Shown: positions 62,590-64,000 of the stretch, in pieces
How the letters are laid out: every line of letters starts with the position of its first letter
Numbering within the stretch: the first letter of the stretch is position 1
NCBI GenBank assembly: GCA_964016885.1
Contig: OZ024744.1
Location: 72,602,001 to 72,666,000, forward strand
Reading direction: 5' to 3'
Source of the DNA: Eledone cirrhosa
Lineage: Eukaryota
DNA length: 64,000 nt
Notes under the pieces: model-generated
Told to the model about the DNA's origin: nothing
Database searches by the model: none
Seen by the model: the letters and a program-made list of their open reading frames with translations, nothing else
Translations under genes and position numbers: made by a program

Positions 62590-64000
62590 ATTGGAGTGAC
62601 AATAAACTGCACCCAGTAAACTTGGTAAAATGGTAGTATGGTAGTGCTGGTGTGAGGATAAAATGTAACCATTAAACTTTGTAAAGTGGTAGTGCTGGTG
62701 TGACGATTAAAATACACCCAGTACACTCTGTAAAGTGGCAGTGTTGGTGGGATGATAATCGGACCCCTGTGCACTCTGTAAAGAGATATTGCACCCATTT
62801 CACTTTGAAAAGTGGTAGTGTTGCTGTAACAATAAAATATATCTTTCTTTATTTGCCACAGGGGGGTACAAAAATGGGACATTACAAGACGTGACGGCGG
62901 GGGTTTTACATAAAAATCATATAGCTTTAACATTAATAAATAACTATAAACAATATATAGTAAAATAATAATTGAAATCCCCAGTAGTGGGGAACGTTAC
63001 TGAAGGGTTGTTTTACACCCCATGGATAGAACAACCCTCAACACCAGGAACACGTTTGTAGGTGTTCCTGTCTTCCTTCTGTTTATCTTCCTCAACCTAC
63101 AGGTTTATATACAGAGAAGGCCCATTCACTCGGGCCATTTTTGCCCCATTCACCCACCTTTCAGCGAATTTACTGGGGTGTAGCACCTCTCTCTCTACTC
63201 TCACCTTCCTTCTGAAGTGATACTTAAAGAAGGGGTTAAGTTGTTGTCCGGAGAGAAAGGTGTTTGCCCTCAGTCCTTTTAACCTCATCCACCATATTAC
63301 CTCTTTCTCCATAGCCACCAGACAGAGGAAAACCGCCTCTCCTTCGTTCTTAAATGAAGGTGGCGGGGTGATCCTCACGATGGACTCGGCTGATAACTGG
63401 ATGCGTCCCACACGTGACAGCAGCTGTTCGACATAATTCCACAGGTCGGTCACCCCTGGACACTGAACAATTGCATGCAGAACGGTTTCGATGTCCTGCT
63501 CGCATCTTGGACATGTCCTTTTGGCAGGATCTCTGCCAGGTCGTCCTTGCCTGTAGATTTTGTCTCAAACTGGTAGAGCTCCTCGGTAGCACTGCCAGGC
63601 CAGAGACTTCTGGAAGTTATCCATAGGCTCTGGACGGAAAGTCCTCCTGAACAGACTGCTCAGTTCATCCTCCTCAATGCCTAGAGTTTCCCCAAGAATG
63701 TCGTCGCACTTATCCTCCACTAATCCCCTATAGAATGTCTAAGTGGAGTCTCCGCTGATTGCTGTTTCCGCTTGGTAGAGGGCTGTGAGCGCCTGTAGGC
63801 ACTCGAGGTAAAATATAAGCAGTACACTTTGTAAAGTACTGGTGTAAAGTGGTAGCATTGGTGCTATGACAATAAACATCCATGATAAAAAGCATCCAGT
63901 ACACTCTGTAAAGTAGTAGTGCTGGTGTCATGATAGAATGTACCCAGTTTACTCTGTAGCATAGTAGTCCGGTGTCATGATAGAATATACCCAGTCCACT
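62590..64000 (+). repeat. Degenerate ~48-bp minisatellite (RTE-UTR-related), split by a Tx1-like insertion and running off the window
   Basis: Units AGTGGTAGTGCTGGTGTCATGATAAAATGCACCCAGTACACTCTGTAA at 62590-62841 and 63809-64000. Confidence 0.75.
62842..63808 (-). mobile_element. 5'-truncated L1/Tx1-clade retrotransposon (ORF2 C-terminus with CCHC zf-RVT knuckle)
   Basis: Minus frame LAWQCYRGALPV*DK...TCPRCEQDIETVLHAIVQCPGVTDLWNYVE...KEVIW...FAERW, ending at 63097. Flanked by a 9-bp TSD TAAAATATA (62833-62841, 63809-63817). Confidence 0.82.

Overview
AT-rich eukaryotic (animal) genomic DNA with no recognisable multi-exon host gene. The repeat repertoire (RTE LINEs and SINE-like tails ending GACGTTAAACGATGATGATG, TTAA/CCCTTTAGCA MITEs, long (TA)n tracts) suggests an octopod cephalopod; that is inference. 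The first ~14 kb is a (TA)n tract carrying nested retroelements: a near-intact RTE LINE (APE endonuclease plus RT, one in-frame stop, a PHD finger inserted in the RT), a 5'-truncated Penelope-like element (RT plus GIY-YIG) and several non-coding fold-back inserts. The main signal is a set of minimal type I hammerhead ribozyme (HHR) motifs from at least five unrelated sequence families. One family forms a 470-bp, near-identical, 8-copy retrozyme-like array folded into a large palindrome (9631-13287). The inserts with two readable ends share a 'both 3' ends outward' architecture, consistent with mobilisation by Penelope-like machinery. The rest of the window holds decayed RTE/Tx1 fragments, SINEs, MITEs, a LINE-3'UTR-derived 48-bp minisatellite, two local inverted duplications and one candidate 24-nt micro-exon. 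All alignments and folds were done by eye; no database searches were run, and boundaries of degenerate elements are approximate.
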